From positions 5,131 to 69,130 of the forward strand of contig JAMDAY010000010.1 in the NCBI GenBank assembly GCA_023484515.1: 64,000 nucleotides of DNA. Reading direction: 5' to 3'. Positions 9,116 to 18,225 of the stretch are shown here, piece after piece. The notes under the pieces were generated by a model. The model saw only the letters and a list, made by a program, of their open reading frames with translations, ran no database searches and was not told where the DNA came from. The DNA comes from Patescibacteria group bacterium (GTDB taxonomy: Bacteria; Patescibacteriota; Doudnabacteria; UBA920). The stretch's first letter is position 1. Each line of letters opens with the position of its first letter. The translations under genes were made by a program, and so were the position numbers.

Positions 9116-9171
9116 CACTTCCTACTTTGCTGAAGCTTCGTAGGATAAATCGTAGCTTTAGCGAAGAAGTG
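9116..9171. repeat. Nested short palindromic elements at the tRNA-Pro 3' end
   Basis: CACTTC[CTACTTTGCTGAAGCTTCGTAGG]ATAAATCGTAGCTTTAGCGAAGAAGTG; shares AGCTTTAGCG with the insertion at 744-776. Confidence 0.65.
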
Positions 9172-9243
9172 GTCGGGCTGCTGGGAATTGAACCCAGTCT
9201 ACCTGCTCCCAAAGCAGGCGTACTACCGGTATACTACAGCCCG
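9170..9243 (-). tRNA. tRNA-Pro (TGG)
   Basis: Reverse complement CGGGCTGTAG...CCTGC-TTTGGGA-GCAGG...GGTTCAATTCC...CAGCCCGACCA; CCA is encoded. Confidence 0.96.
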
Positions 9244-9258
9244 TATATAAGTGTATTT

Positions 9259-9360
9259 TAATGAGGGCCGTCCTCTGGGATTATTATTCTTAAGATCGTT
9301 TGGTAATAATCATAGTCTAATAATCTAAAATCTGTTTATCCCAGAGGACGGCTCTCATTA
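9259..9360. repeat. Inverted-repeat element with 58-bp core, copy 1
   Basis: 22-bp arms TAATGAGGGCCGTCCTCTGGGA / TCCCAGAGGACGGCTCTCATTA (1 mismatch). Confidence 0.85.
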
Positions 9361-9404
9361 CCTTTGAAATTGTTTCCTTCTAATTTTACCATTAAATTTC
9401 CTTT

Positions 9405-9433
9405 TTGACAAAAAACAGCAATTATACTATAAT
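9405..9433 (+). promoter_or_regulatory. Consensus sigma70 promoter
   Basis: TTGACA-17 nt-TATAAT, exact consensus. Confidence 0.88.
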
Positions 9434-9439
9434 GCTGTT

Positions 9440-10080
9440 AATATGAAAACTTTTATTTGGGATATTCCCAATAAGGGTATTAAAACAAACCATAACAAAG
9501 AAAGTCAGGAAATGCCCGTAAATTGCTAAAACAGGCTTCAGTAAGCACGAAATTTCGGGAATTTCCTGGCTTTTTGCGTATCTTTTCGCTTAAAAGCCGG
9601 TAAAAGCAGGGAAGGTTGTAACAAGTTTTATAACCTTTCGTCTGCTTTGCACACAACTCTAGAAGCTTGAAACTAAACTGTAGAAATTATAATTCAGCAT
9701 TGGGGATAACCTGATTAATGGATTTAATCTTTAGCAGAAGGTTTTAGGCCTGTGTTGTGTTTTGGCTCTTTTATTGAACTTAATGCTTAGGCCAGCCAAC
9801 TGGGTACAAGCAGCGCTTCGTTTGTGTATTTTAACCTTGTTGGGGAATTTACATAACAGGAAGCAAATTCTTAGTACTGCCCGGTCGATCTTTTGGCGTA
9901 ATAGTCTGGCGTTAAGGTTTCAATAATCATTTCCGCTCCTTGGATGTTTCGGCGATCTCTAGAGCGCCGGAAAGGAAAACTTGGGGAAATGTCCCAGCCT
10001 TGAGTTGGGAAAACTTTAATTAACATTTTCCAAATTGATTGTCTCAATTGAATAATCAATTTTTGGAAAAGGAGTAAAAA
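9440..10080 (+). ncRNA. Candidate long structured 5' leader or ncRNA
   Basis: No credible ORF; a run of stem-loops between the consensus promoter and the S-layer-like ATG. Confidence 0.5.
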
Positions 10081-13000
10081 ATGCAAAATTCTGTAGCAAA
10101 GAAACTCTTTGCTGTAGGTGTTGCGGCTTCCACCGTCCTTTTGGGCTTGGCTCCTTTCGCTGCCAGCGCTGCTGCGCACGCCGAAGGCACCAACGTCAAA
10201 AAGTCTGACGGTACCGTCGGTATGATCATCGGCGGACAGTTCCGCCCCTACACTTCTGCGGGCGCTTTCCTCTCCTACGGCTTCAATTCTTGGGCCGGCG
10301 TAGTGGACGCCAATGCAGACGACTTGGCTTTGCCGACCGGAGCGTTCATTCCTCCGCAAGACGGCAAAATCATCTGCTCTGACCGGGGAACTGACAAAGG
10401 CACCTGCTATTTAATTTCAGGCGCCCAAAAAGCCGGCTTTACCTCTGCGGCCGTTTTCACCGGCCTCGGCTTTAGCTTCTCCAGAGCGCAATATGGCGAT
10501 GTTTCCTGGATGCCCAGCACCAGCAACATTGACAACACCACCGCCTCCCACTTGCCCGGCGTGTTGGTAAACAACAGCGGCACCGTCCAATTGGTCGGTT
10601 CCAACGGATTGCTCGGCATTCCGGACATAGCCACCTTTAACGGTTGGGGCTATTCCTTTGCCGACGTTGTCCCGGCTAATTCCGCTGACAAGGCTATGAC
10701 CCAGACCGGCGTTATGGCTTCTCGCGTAGCCGGCCAACTCTCTCCGACCGCTTTGGCCAATGTGCCCAGCGTAGTTTCCGGTTCCGTCAGCGCCTCCCTG
10801 GCTTCTGACACCCCGGCTGCGGGTTCGTTAGCCGTAAGCTCTACCGCCAGCGTCAACACCGTGGCTACGCTTGCCAAATTCAACTTTTCCGGCAGCGGCA
10901 CCGTTACCCAGTTGCAGGTAAAGAGGATCGGCATTTCTGCCGATACCGATTTGTCAAACGTTTATCTGTTTGACGGTAGTACCCGCTTGACTGACGCGGC
11001 TTCCGTAGGTGCTAACAGCCTGGTAACCTTCAGCAACCCGAACGGCTTGTTTACGGTTTCCGGCAACAAGACCATCTCCGTGGTTGCTGAACTTAAAAAT
11101 AACGCTTCCGCAGGCATTACTGTAGGCGTTCAGTTGACTTCTTTCACTGTGGCCAATGGCACTCCGGCGACAGTTGCCGTTTCCGGCAATTTATTTAGCG
11201 TCACTAACGTCGGCACGGACCTGGCTTATGGCGACTTCGGTTCGGTTACTCCAACCGGCGGCAGCTATGACCCGGCCAAAGATGTGGAAGTGTTCCGCAG
11301 CAACCTGACCGTAAATACGCGCAATATGACTCTTTCCGGTCTTATTTTGCGCCAGATCGGTTCCGCCAACAACTCGGATATTAACAATTTCCGCTTGCGC
11401 ATTGACGGCACCCAGGTTGCCCAGGTCCAAAGCGTGGACAGCAATGGTTATGTTAATTTTTCCTTCGCTCCGGTGACGCTGCAAAGTGGCACCCGCGTAG
11501 TCAGCGTATTGGCTGACGTGGTTGGCGGTTCTTCCAGAACTTTCCAGTTCCAGATCCGCAACAAGGCTGATGTGGTCTTAACCGATTCCAACTATGGTAC
11601 CCAGGTGTCCACCAATGATACCTACCCTGTAGGATCGGCCGCTGCTAATGACATTAATGCCGGCAGCTTGACTATCCAAAAGGCCACCGATTCTCCTTCG
11701 GCTGATGTTACTGCCAATAGCAACGACGTAACTTTGGCCAAATACACCCTGACCGCTTATGGCGAACCCATGAAGGTTGAAACCTTGACTGTTGCCGCTA
11801 CTTCCAGCGACGTGTCCGTTACCTCTTTGCGCAACGGCCGCGTATTGGTTAACGGCGCGCAATACGGTTCCACCGCCACTTTGGCCAGGTGTACCACTTG
11901 TGCAGACAACGATGCCGGCGGTACTGCTTATACTTTGAACTATACGGTCAACCCGGGTACCCCCGTAATCGTGGAAGTTCATGCCGACTTGTATGACAAC
12001 GACGGCGCGAACAACCTGGGCAACGGCGACACAGTGACTGCCTACATTTTGGAAGGCTCTTCCAACGTGCAAAAGACCGTATCTTTGGGCTATGGCAGTT
12101 ACCCGACCAACACTGTAGTGGCCGGTAATTCGCTATCTGTTGTAACTGGCAGCATGACGCTATCTTCCAATAGCAACTATGCCAACCAGAAAATCTCTCT
12201 GCCGCAGACCAGCTATAAGTTAGGTTCTTTTAACTTGGTTGGCAGCAGTTCCGAAGATATCAACATCAGCAGTATTGGTTTGGCCATGGTTGCCTCTACT
12301 ACTTTGACGAGCTTAAATGATGTTCAGATAAAAGTTAATGGCAACATGTTTGGCACCATTAAATCTACAGTCGCTGCGGGAACCGGGCCTAATGAAACCA
12401 TTGGCGCCACTTCCACCTTCTCCGGCAACTACACTTTGCCGAAATTGACGACTGTTCCGGTAGAAGTTTACGGTACAATAAACACCCCGACCTCGGGTTA
12501 TACCAACGACCACTTCCAGGTTCGTTTGTCTGTTGACGGTACCACGGCCAGTTCCGCCACCACGGCCGAGAGCAGTAATAATGGGCAGACCATTAGCATA
12601 GGCTCGGCTTCCATTGTGGCGGCTAAAGACGCGTCTTCTCCGGTTGCTTCGTTAGTAGCAGGCAACCAGACCAAGACCGCCGCAGCCTTTAAGTTTACCA
12701 CCACTGATGATGCGTATACCGTCAAGGAAATTACGTTTACTCCGACCAACGTGACCACTATTACCAGCGTAATCTTAAAGGACGGCAACACTGTTCTTGG
12801 CACCCAGCCGGGCGGCACCGCTACCGTGACTTTCAGCGGCTTGAACATTTCCATTCCGGCCAACTCCTCCAAGGTTTTGACCGTGGACTTGCAGCTTGGC
12901 GCCGTAGGCTATGGCCAAGGCACATCTGGCGACAACGTCCAAATCCAGCTGACCTCCTACAAGAACGTCCCGTCTTCCACGGGTGTGCAGGCCACCAACA

Positions 13001-13587
13001 CGACTGACGTTCCTTCTGGCAACGCCATGTATGTAGTTAAGGCCGTTCCGACCATCACTCCGGTTACTTTGCCGACCGGCTTGTTAGGAGCTTCCGGCCA
13101 AGTCTATACCATCGCCAAGTTCCAGGTTAGCACTGGTGGTACTGGCACTATTGCCTTTACCCACCTGGTGTTTAAGTATAGCACCACGACTGGCGTGGAC
13201 ATTACCACTCCGAAGCTGTATGATGCCAATAGCGTAGAAGTTACCTCCAGCTCCAGCGTAGACAAGGTTAACAGCAGGATTGTTGTTGATCTGGCTGCGG
13301 AAAAGGAAGTTACTGACGGCACCTTCTCCTTGAAGGCTACGCTATCCGATGCTTCCGGTTTCACTACCGGTGACTCGGTTAGCACCTACATGGATGTGGC
13401 AACTAGCTCAGTGACAAAGTCTGCTGACGCGGGAACCGCAACCTCTACAATTGCTAACGCTTTTGTGTGGTCTGATGAGTCCGGCACGGCTGGCACCAGC
13501 GCGACCCACAGCCTGACTTCGGATGACTGGTTTGGCGACTACCTGATCAAGAATCTGCCGACAGACTCGCAGAACTTGGTTAAGTAA
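10081..13587 (+). CDS. Large secreted S-layer-like / Ig-like surface protein
   Basis: Signal peptide ending ASA-AA; three N-terminal ~50-aa repeats; S/T/G/A/V/N-rich beta-type body; AAGGAG RBS; C/T-ending codon bias. Confidence 0.8.
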   Translation: MQNSVAKKLFAVGVAASTVLLGLAPFAASAAAHAEGTNVKKSDGTVGMIIGGQFRPYTSAGAFLSYGFNSWAGVVDANADDLALPTGAFIPPQDGKIICSDRGTDKGTCYLISGAQKAGFTSAAVFTGLGFSFSRAQYGDVSWMPSTSNIDNTTASHLPGVLVNNSGTVQLVGSNGLLGIPDIATFNGWGYSFADVVPANSADKAMTQTGVMASRVAGQLSPTALANVPSVVSGSVSASLASDTPAAGSLAVSSTASVNTVATLAKFNFSGSGTVTQLQVKRIGISADTDLSNVYLFDGSTRLTDAASVGANSLVTFSNPNGLFTVSGNKTISVVAELKNNASAGITVGVQLTSFTVANGTPATVAVSGNLFSVTNVGTDLAYGDFGSVTPTGGSYDPAKDVEVFRSNLTVNTRNMTLSGLILRQIGSANNSDINNFRLRIDGTQVAQVQSVDSNGYVNFSFAPVTLQSGTRVVSVLADVVGGSSRTFQFQIRNKADVVLTDSNYGTQVSTNDTYPVGSAAANDINAGSLTIQKATDSPSADVTANSNDVTLAKYTLTAYGEPMKVETLTVAATSSDVSVTSLRNGRVLVNGAQYGSTATLARCTTCADNDAGGTAYTLNYTVNPGTPVIVEVHADLYDNDGANNLGNGDTVTAYILEGSSNVQKTVSLGYGSYPTNTVVAGNSLSVVTGSMTLSSNSNYANQKISLPQTSYKLGSFNLVGSSSEDINISSIGLAMVASTTLTSLNDVQIKVNGNMFGTIKSTVAAGTGPNETIGATSTFSGNYTLPKLTTVPVEVYGTINTPTSGYTNDHFQVRLSVDGTTASSATTAESSNNGQTISIGSASIVAAKDASSPVASLVAGNQTKTAAAFKFTTTDDAYTVKEITFTPTNVTTITSVILKDGNTVLGTQPGGTATVTFSGLNISIPANSSKVLTVDLQLGAVGYGQGTSGDNVQIQLTSYKNVPSSTGVQATNTTDVPSGNAMYVVKAVPTITPVTLPTGLLGASGQVYTIAKFQVSTGGTGTIAFTHLVFKYSTTTGVDITTPKLYDANSVEVTSSSSVDKVNSRIVVDLAAEKEVTDGTFSLKATLSDASGFTTGDSVSTYMDVATSSVTKSADAGTATSTIANAFVWSDESGTAGTSATHSLTSDDWFGDYLIKNLPTDSQNLVK

Positions 13588-13633
13588 ACTTTACCTTTTA
13601 GGTATCGTTTCCTGACTACGAATAAAGTTTAGG

Positions 13634-13676
13634 ACAAAGTTCCCCGCCCTTTGCAAGCAAAGGGCGGGGCTTTGTT
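13634..13676 (+). terminator. Intrinsic terminator
   Basis: CCCCGCCCTTTGC-AA-GCAAAGGGCGGGG followed by CTTTGTT. Confidence 0.8.
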
Positions 13677-13727
13677 ATAAAAATTCCATAAAATTTTTTT
13701 GTTATTGATTCTAAAGAAAAATTTTTG

Positions 13728-13846
13728 TGTCATTGCGAGTGCATCCGAAGCAATCTGTTGAATCGTAAGATCGCCACGGCGCCAAAGATAAGGCCCTTTG
13801 GCGCCTCGGCACGTCGGTCGCGACCGATACGTGCCTCGAGATGGCA
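13728..13846. repeat. Multi-hairpin palindromic element (GTCATTGCGAG...GAAGCAATC type)
   Basis: Ends TGTCATTGCGAG / CTCGAGATGGCA enclose hairpins GGCGCCAAAG..CTTTGGCGCC and GGCACGT..CGGTCGCGACCG..ACGTGCC. Confidence 0.7.
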
Positions 13847-13905
13847 TATGAGCAGTTACCGGATATGAACTTGAAAAAGATTAAAATTTTTAGTAATATC
13901 ATGAT

Positions 13906-14601
13906 ATGCGTAAAAAAATTATCATAATAATAACCATAATAATCGCCATGGCGGCAGCGGCCGGCGGATACTGGTATTTCCAAAAAAACCGGCACAATAG
14001 CAAGGCGCCGGGCGCGAAATCTTTGGCCGACATCCAAAGGAATTTGACTGTTGAACAGGAAAAAGCGGTAAACGGCCGGATTCAAAAAGCCGAAGATTAC
14101 TTAAAAACCTTAAAACCGGAACAGAAAAATTACAATTACGAACAGGCCAATACTTACGAATACCTTGGCCAGCAATATTACGCGCTGGGACAGATGCAAA
14201 AATCCAAGGACATGTATGAGAAAGCGTTGGCCTTGGAGCCTGACGACGAATCAATGCAGGTTGGACTGGCCACTACTTTAACCGAAGCGGGGGACAAGGC
14301 CGGAGCGAGGCAGTTTTTGGAAAAGGCGCTGCAAAGCAATCCCAAGGATTCCGACTTGTGGCTGCGCTATATAGATTTGCGGCAGACTATGGGCGCCACG
14401 GCGCAGGACCTTGGCGATTTGTACAGCCAGGCTTTGGAAAAAACGAATAATTATATAGATGTTTTAACCAAAGACGCCGCCTTCCAGGAGCAACAGGGGA
14501 ATACTGCCGCGGCTATTTCTTTGTGGCAGCAAGCGTCCAAACAGCAGCCGGACAACCAGGCATATAAGGAAGAAATTGGCAGGCTGCAGAAACTGCAATA
14601 G
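13906..14601 (+). CDS. Membrane-anchored TPR protein
   Basis: N-terminal hydrophobic anchor; TPR-like repeats (YEKALALEPDD, LEKALQSNPKD). Confidence 0.85.
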   Translation: MRKKIIIIITIIIAMAAAAGGYWYFQKNRHNSKAPGAKSLADIQRNLTVEQEKAVNGRIQKAEDYLKTLKPEQKNYNYEQANTYEYLGQQYYALGQMQKSKDMYEKALALEPDDESMQVGLATTLTEAGDKAGARQFLEKALQSNPKDSDLWLRYIDLRQTMGATAQDLGDLYSQALEKTNNYIDVLTKDAAFQEQQGNTAAAISLWQQASKQQPDNQAYKEEIGRLQKLQ

Positions 14602-14626
14602 TAGGGAAGGCTTGCCGTCAAAATAA

Positions 14627-14656
14627 TTGACACTGCGGCTAAGCAAGGATTATACT
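14627..14656 (+). promoter_or_regulatory. Sigma70-type promoter
   Basis: TTGACA-18 nt-TATACT upstream of ATG 14681. Confidence 0.6.
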
Positions 14657-14680
14657 GGAATAGCCATTAAACTGACTTTT

Positions 14681-14941
14681 ATGACTGAAGTTAATTTGGA
14701 AAATATTACCAAGCTTTTTAGGGAGGAATTAAAGCCGCTAAACAGCCGGCTGGATTCCATAGAACTTACGCTAGAGAAGCATACTAAAATTTTAGATACC
14801 CATACCGCCGCCTTGGACCGACTGCTTAAAGAAAAGAAGGACAGGGAGGAAGAAAAACAGGTAAGCGAGCATCGCTTTGAGCGCCTGGAGAATTGGGCCG
14901 CGCAGGTTGGCGAAAAACTTGGCATAAAATTGGAGCTGTAA
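14681..14941 (+). CDS. Small coiled-coil hypothetical protein
   Basis: Heptad pattern; ATG 14681 follows the promoter. Confidence 0.7.
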   Translation: MTEVNLENITKLFREELKPLNSRLDSIELTLEKHTKILDTHTAALDRLLKEKKDREEEKQVSEHRFERLENWAAQVGEKLGIKLEL

Positions 14942-14953
14942 ATTTTTAATGTT

Positions 14954-15238
14954 ATGGAATTAGAAGAAGTAAAAAGAAGAATTACCCCTATTTTAAACCG
15001 TTATGGCGTCAAGCGGGCGGCTGTTTTTGGCAGTGTCGCCAGGGGAGAGGCGGGCAGGGATAGCGATGTGGATTTGCTTATTGAACTTGACGAGCCGCTC
15101 GGTTTGTTCAAACTGGCCCAGCTAAACTATGTGCTGGAGGACGTTTTGCAGAAAAAAGTTGATTTAGTGAAAACCGAAAATATTAAACCATCTTTTAAGG
15201 ATAATATTTTAAAGGATGCGGTTTACATTTATGGCTAA
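14954..15238 (+). CDS. Minimal nucleotidyltransferase (MNT) antitoxin
   Basis: FGSVARGE...SDVDL (GSx10DxD) and KVDLV. Confidence 0.92.
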   Translation: MELEEVKRRITPILNRYGVKRAAVFGSVARGEAGRDSDVDLLIELDEPLGLFKLAQLNYVLEDVLQKKVDLVKTENIKPSFKDNILKDAVYIYG

Positions 15239-15572
15239 CGCAGAAACCGCCTACTTGCAGGACATTTTAGACAATATTGGAATTTTGGAGAAATTTTTAA
15301 GCGGCGTTGGGAAAGACGCGTTTTTTTCCGATTTGGAAAAACAGTTTGCGGCGGCCCGCGCTTTGGAGATTATCGGGGAAGCTTCCGCAAAACTTTCGGA
15401 AGATTTTCGGACAAAGCATCCGGAAATAGATTGGCGCGGATTAAAGTCTATGAGGAACTTGCTGATTCATGAATATGCATACGTTGATGCGGGAGAAGTC
15501 TGGAAAGCGGGCCAAAATGATGTCCCGGATTTAAAAGCGAAAATAAAAACCATCCTCGCACAAGCATTGTAG
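15231..15572 (+). CDS. HEPN/DUF86 ribonuclease toxin
   Basis: LEIIGEA, PEIDW, RNLLIHEY (Rx4H plus Y); overlaps the MNT stop. Confidence 0.92.
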   Translation: MANAETAYLQDILDNIGILEKFLSGVGKDAFFSDLEKQFAAARALEIIGEASAKLSEDFRTKHPEIDWRGLKSMRNLLIHEYAYVDAGEVWKAGQNDVPDLKAKIKTILAQAL

Positions 15573-15576
15573 CATA

Positions 15577-15638
15577 TTAAAATTCCGCCGAAATTTTACT
15601 TTTAATCTATCCATGGTAAAATTTCGGCGGAATTTTAA
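15577..15638. repeat. Perfect 23-bp inverted repeat with 16-nt loop
   Basis: TTAAAATTCCGCCGAAATTTTAC / GTAAAATTTCGGCGGAATTTTAA. Confidence 0.9.
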
Positions 15639-15676
15639 ATGTTTGCTATAATATATAAAACCATTAACTTTTTACC

Positions 15677-17902
15677 ATGAAAACCAAGCCAGTTCTTTAT
15701 ATTTTCTTTATTTTAATCTGCTTTAGTTTGCTCACTCCGTTTGTCGTGGACAAAAATTACCTTTTTCCCTTTATTTTGCCCCGCGCCCTGTTTTTGCGCA
15801 TAGTCCTGGACATTGCCCTGCCCTTTTATTTATACCTCATATTAGCCAAAAAGGAATACCGCCCAAATTTAAAAAATCCGTTAAACCTTTCAGTTCTGGT
15901 TTTTTTGGGAGTTTACTTTATTACTTCCTTTACCGGCGTAGACGCGTTGCGCAGCGTGTGGGGCAACATTGAACGCATGGGCGGGGCGTGGTATATGATG
16001 CATCTGGTAATGCTGTATTTTTACGTGCTGCTTTTAGCCCAGGCCAGCGGCAGGCTGCTGCTGCGGTTTTTAAAAATTTTCCTGTGGGTGGCCAATGTTA
16101 CCGTATTTTACGGGTTGTGGGTATACTTGGGCCTGCCGGGTTTTTACGCGGACCCTTCGCTGCCTTCCCGCGTGTCTTCCAGTTTCGGCAATCCCATCTT
16201 TTTTGCCAGTTTCCTGGTGCTGCCGCTGTTTCTGTCCGTGTTTTTCGCCATCCAGGAAGAATCCAGGGCCTGGAAGGCAATATACGGGGTAATGGCGTTA
16301 TTGCAACTGTTCGGCATTTACCAGAGCGCCACGCGCGGCGCGTTTGTGGGCCTGGCGGCCGGCATATTTTTGGCGGCCGTGATGTTTTTGTTCAAGGCGG
16401 AATCGCGGCGCCTGCGCAATTGGGGAGTTGCCGCGGTCGGAGGCATAGTCCTGGTAGCCGGCGCGCTGTTCCTGTTCGGCGGCAAGCTGCCGTCCGGTTC
16501 GTTTTTATACCGCATTACCCATTTAAAGGACAGCAATTCCGAAGCCCGCCTGATCCAGTGGAAGACCGCCCTTCAAGGATACAAAGACAAGCCTGTTTTG
16601 GGCGTGGGCCCGGAAAATTACTATATCATCGCCAACAAATATTACAATCCCGAACTGAACAAGTACGATCCTTCCTGGTTTGACAAGCCGCATAACTATC
16701 TTTTGGAAATTTTAGTGACCACCGGCGCGGTAGGATTTGCCGCCTATCTGGCCATGCTGGCGTTTTTTGCCTGGAGCCTGTATAAGGCCTTTAAGGCCGG
16801 GTTGCTTTCGTGGCTGGAAACCTGCGTGCTTTTAGCCGGCATGCTGGCTTACCAGATCCAGAACTTGTTCGTGTTTGATACCATTTCCGCTTCCGTGGCC
16901 TTTTTCATTTATATGGGTTTTGGCGCGTATTTGTGGCATGAGTCGGAATTGGAAAAAAAACCGGCCCACAAAAAAATTATGTCCGGCCTTAGCCCCGCTT
17001 TCGTGAACGCGGCCGCAGGCGTGTCTGCGGTTGCCGTAATTTATGCCATTTACTTGACAAGTATTGTGCCGGGCCGGGTGGCAAAGAACATTAATTACGG
17101 CTACGCTTATTCCGGCATAGACCCGGTAAAGGCGGAACAATATTTTGAAGCCGCGCGCAACCAGCCGTTCGTGTTTGATCCGGGAGAATTGGGAGTGCGC
17201 TATGCGGACTTTGCCGCTAACGTGGCCCAAAACCCGCCGCAGGGGTTGTCCAAGGAAGAGATTGGCAAGATTACCGACCATGCCATAGCTTCTTTGGAGG
17301 ACGCAAATGCGCGCGTGCCCAATTATCCCATCTTTTGGTATAAATTGGCCCAGGCTTACAATACCAAAAGCCTGCTGGACAACGGGCCCGTGGACCCAAG
17401 GGCCGACCAGGCCGCGGCCAGGGCCGTGGAACTGGCACCCAAGCGGCCGGAAACCATAAGCTACCTTATCCAGGTAAAGGCCGCAGAGGGACAGACGGAT
17501 AAAGCAGTGTCATTGTCGGAGCAGTTGGCCCAATTGTACCCGTGGAATTCCGATTACGCCTGGCGCCTGGCAGTGGTGTACGATTTTGCCAAGCAGGACG
17601 AAAAAGCGGTTGCAACTGCGCAACAGGCGCTGGCCGCAGGCTACCAAATAAAGCAAACCAGTGACATCCAGTGGCTGGTAAAATATTATTCCGATAATAA
17701 AAATTATGCCGCTGCAATCGCATTATACCAGGCAGGGTTAAAAAATGACCCGACCAATGTCCAGCTTTTGAGCGGTTTGGCCCTGGCTTATGCCGACTCG
17801 GGCGACAAACAAAAGGCCATAGAGACCGCCAGGCAAATTGTTGTAATCCAGCCGGCGGCCAAGGACGACGTGGACAAATTCATCCAGGGCTTAAGCCAGT
17901 AA
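15677..17902 (+). CDS. O-antigen ligase / O-oligosaccharyltransferase family membrane protein with C-terminal TPRs
   Basis: Many TM segments; FGNP, TRGA, R..QW, GVGPENY, DKPHNYLLE; TPR-like tail. Confidence 0.88.
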   Translation: MKTKPVLYIFFILICFSLLTPFVVDKNYLFPFILPRALFLRIVLDIALPFYLYLILAKKEYRPNLKNPLNLSVLVFLGVYFITSFTGVDALRSVWGNIERMGGAWYMMHLVMLYFYVLLLAQASGRLLLRFLKIFLWVANVTVFYGLWVYLGLPGFYADPSLPSRVSSSFGNPIFFASFLVLPLFLSVFFAIQEESRAWKAIYGVMALLQLFGIYQSATRGAFVGLAAGIFLAAVMFLFKAESRRLRNWGVAAVGGIVLVAGALFLFGGKLPSGSFLYRITHLKDSNSEARLIQWKTALQGYKDKPVLGVGPENYYIIANKYYNPELNKYDPSWFDKPHNYLLEILVTTGAVGFAAYLAMLAFFAWSLYKAFKAGLLSWLETCVLLAGMLAYQIQNLFVFDTISASVAFFIYMGFGAYLWHESELEKKPAHKKIMSGLSPAFVNAAAGVSAVAVIYAIYLTSIVPGRVAKNINYGYAYSGIDPVKAEQYFEAARNQPFVFDPGELGVRYADFAANVAQNPPQGLSKEEIGKITDHAIASLEDANARVPNYPIFWYKLAQAYNTKSLLDNGPVDPRADQAAARAVELAPKRPETISYLIQVKAAEGQTDKAVSLSEQLAQLYPWNSDYAWRLAVVYDFAKQDEKAVATAQQALAAGYQIKQTSDIQWLVKYYSDNKNYAAAIALYQAGLKNDPTNVQLLSGLALAYADSGDKQKAIETARQIVVIQPAAKDDVDKFIQGLSQ

Positions 17903-18085
17903 AGGCGCTTTTTGCGGAATTTGGCAGATTGAGTTGAATAATTTTTCTCACCAGCCAGACGTAATCCGTTTAACTTATGCCGCAAAATCAGTAGCGTAGG
18001 GGAATTGTATCGGACGCCTGTCCAGGAATTGCAGGCTCTGGCAGCGAAGACGGCCTTTAGGGGACAAACAGGCTTTAGAGGCAGT

Positions 18086-18179
18086 GATGACGCACATCTG
18101 GGACAATCTTCCTTAAGTTTGGCTGATGATGATTATTATCCGGTAATCTAAAGACCGCTTATCCCAGATGTGCGTCATC
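18086..18179. repeat. Inverted-repeat element with 58-bp core, copy 2
   Basis: Perfect 18-bp arms GATGACGCACATCTGGGA / TCCCAGATGTGCGTCATC. Confidence 0.92.
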
Positions 18180-18225
18180 TCCCAAAAAATAGAAAGATTG
18201 GGAATTTGCTAATTTTTTTATTTTT

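Noticed and set aside
9871-13385. Antisense ORFs over the S-layer-like gene, and similar shadow ORFs throughout the window
   Set aside because: They overlap well-supported genes, lack motifs and are explained by codon bias.
13629-14085. Minus-strand ORFs at 13629-13847 and 13711-14085
   Set aside because: They run through a palindromic repeat, the terminator and the antisense of the TPR gene.
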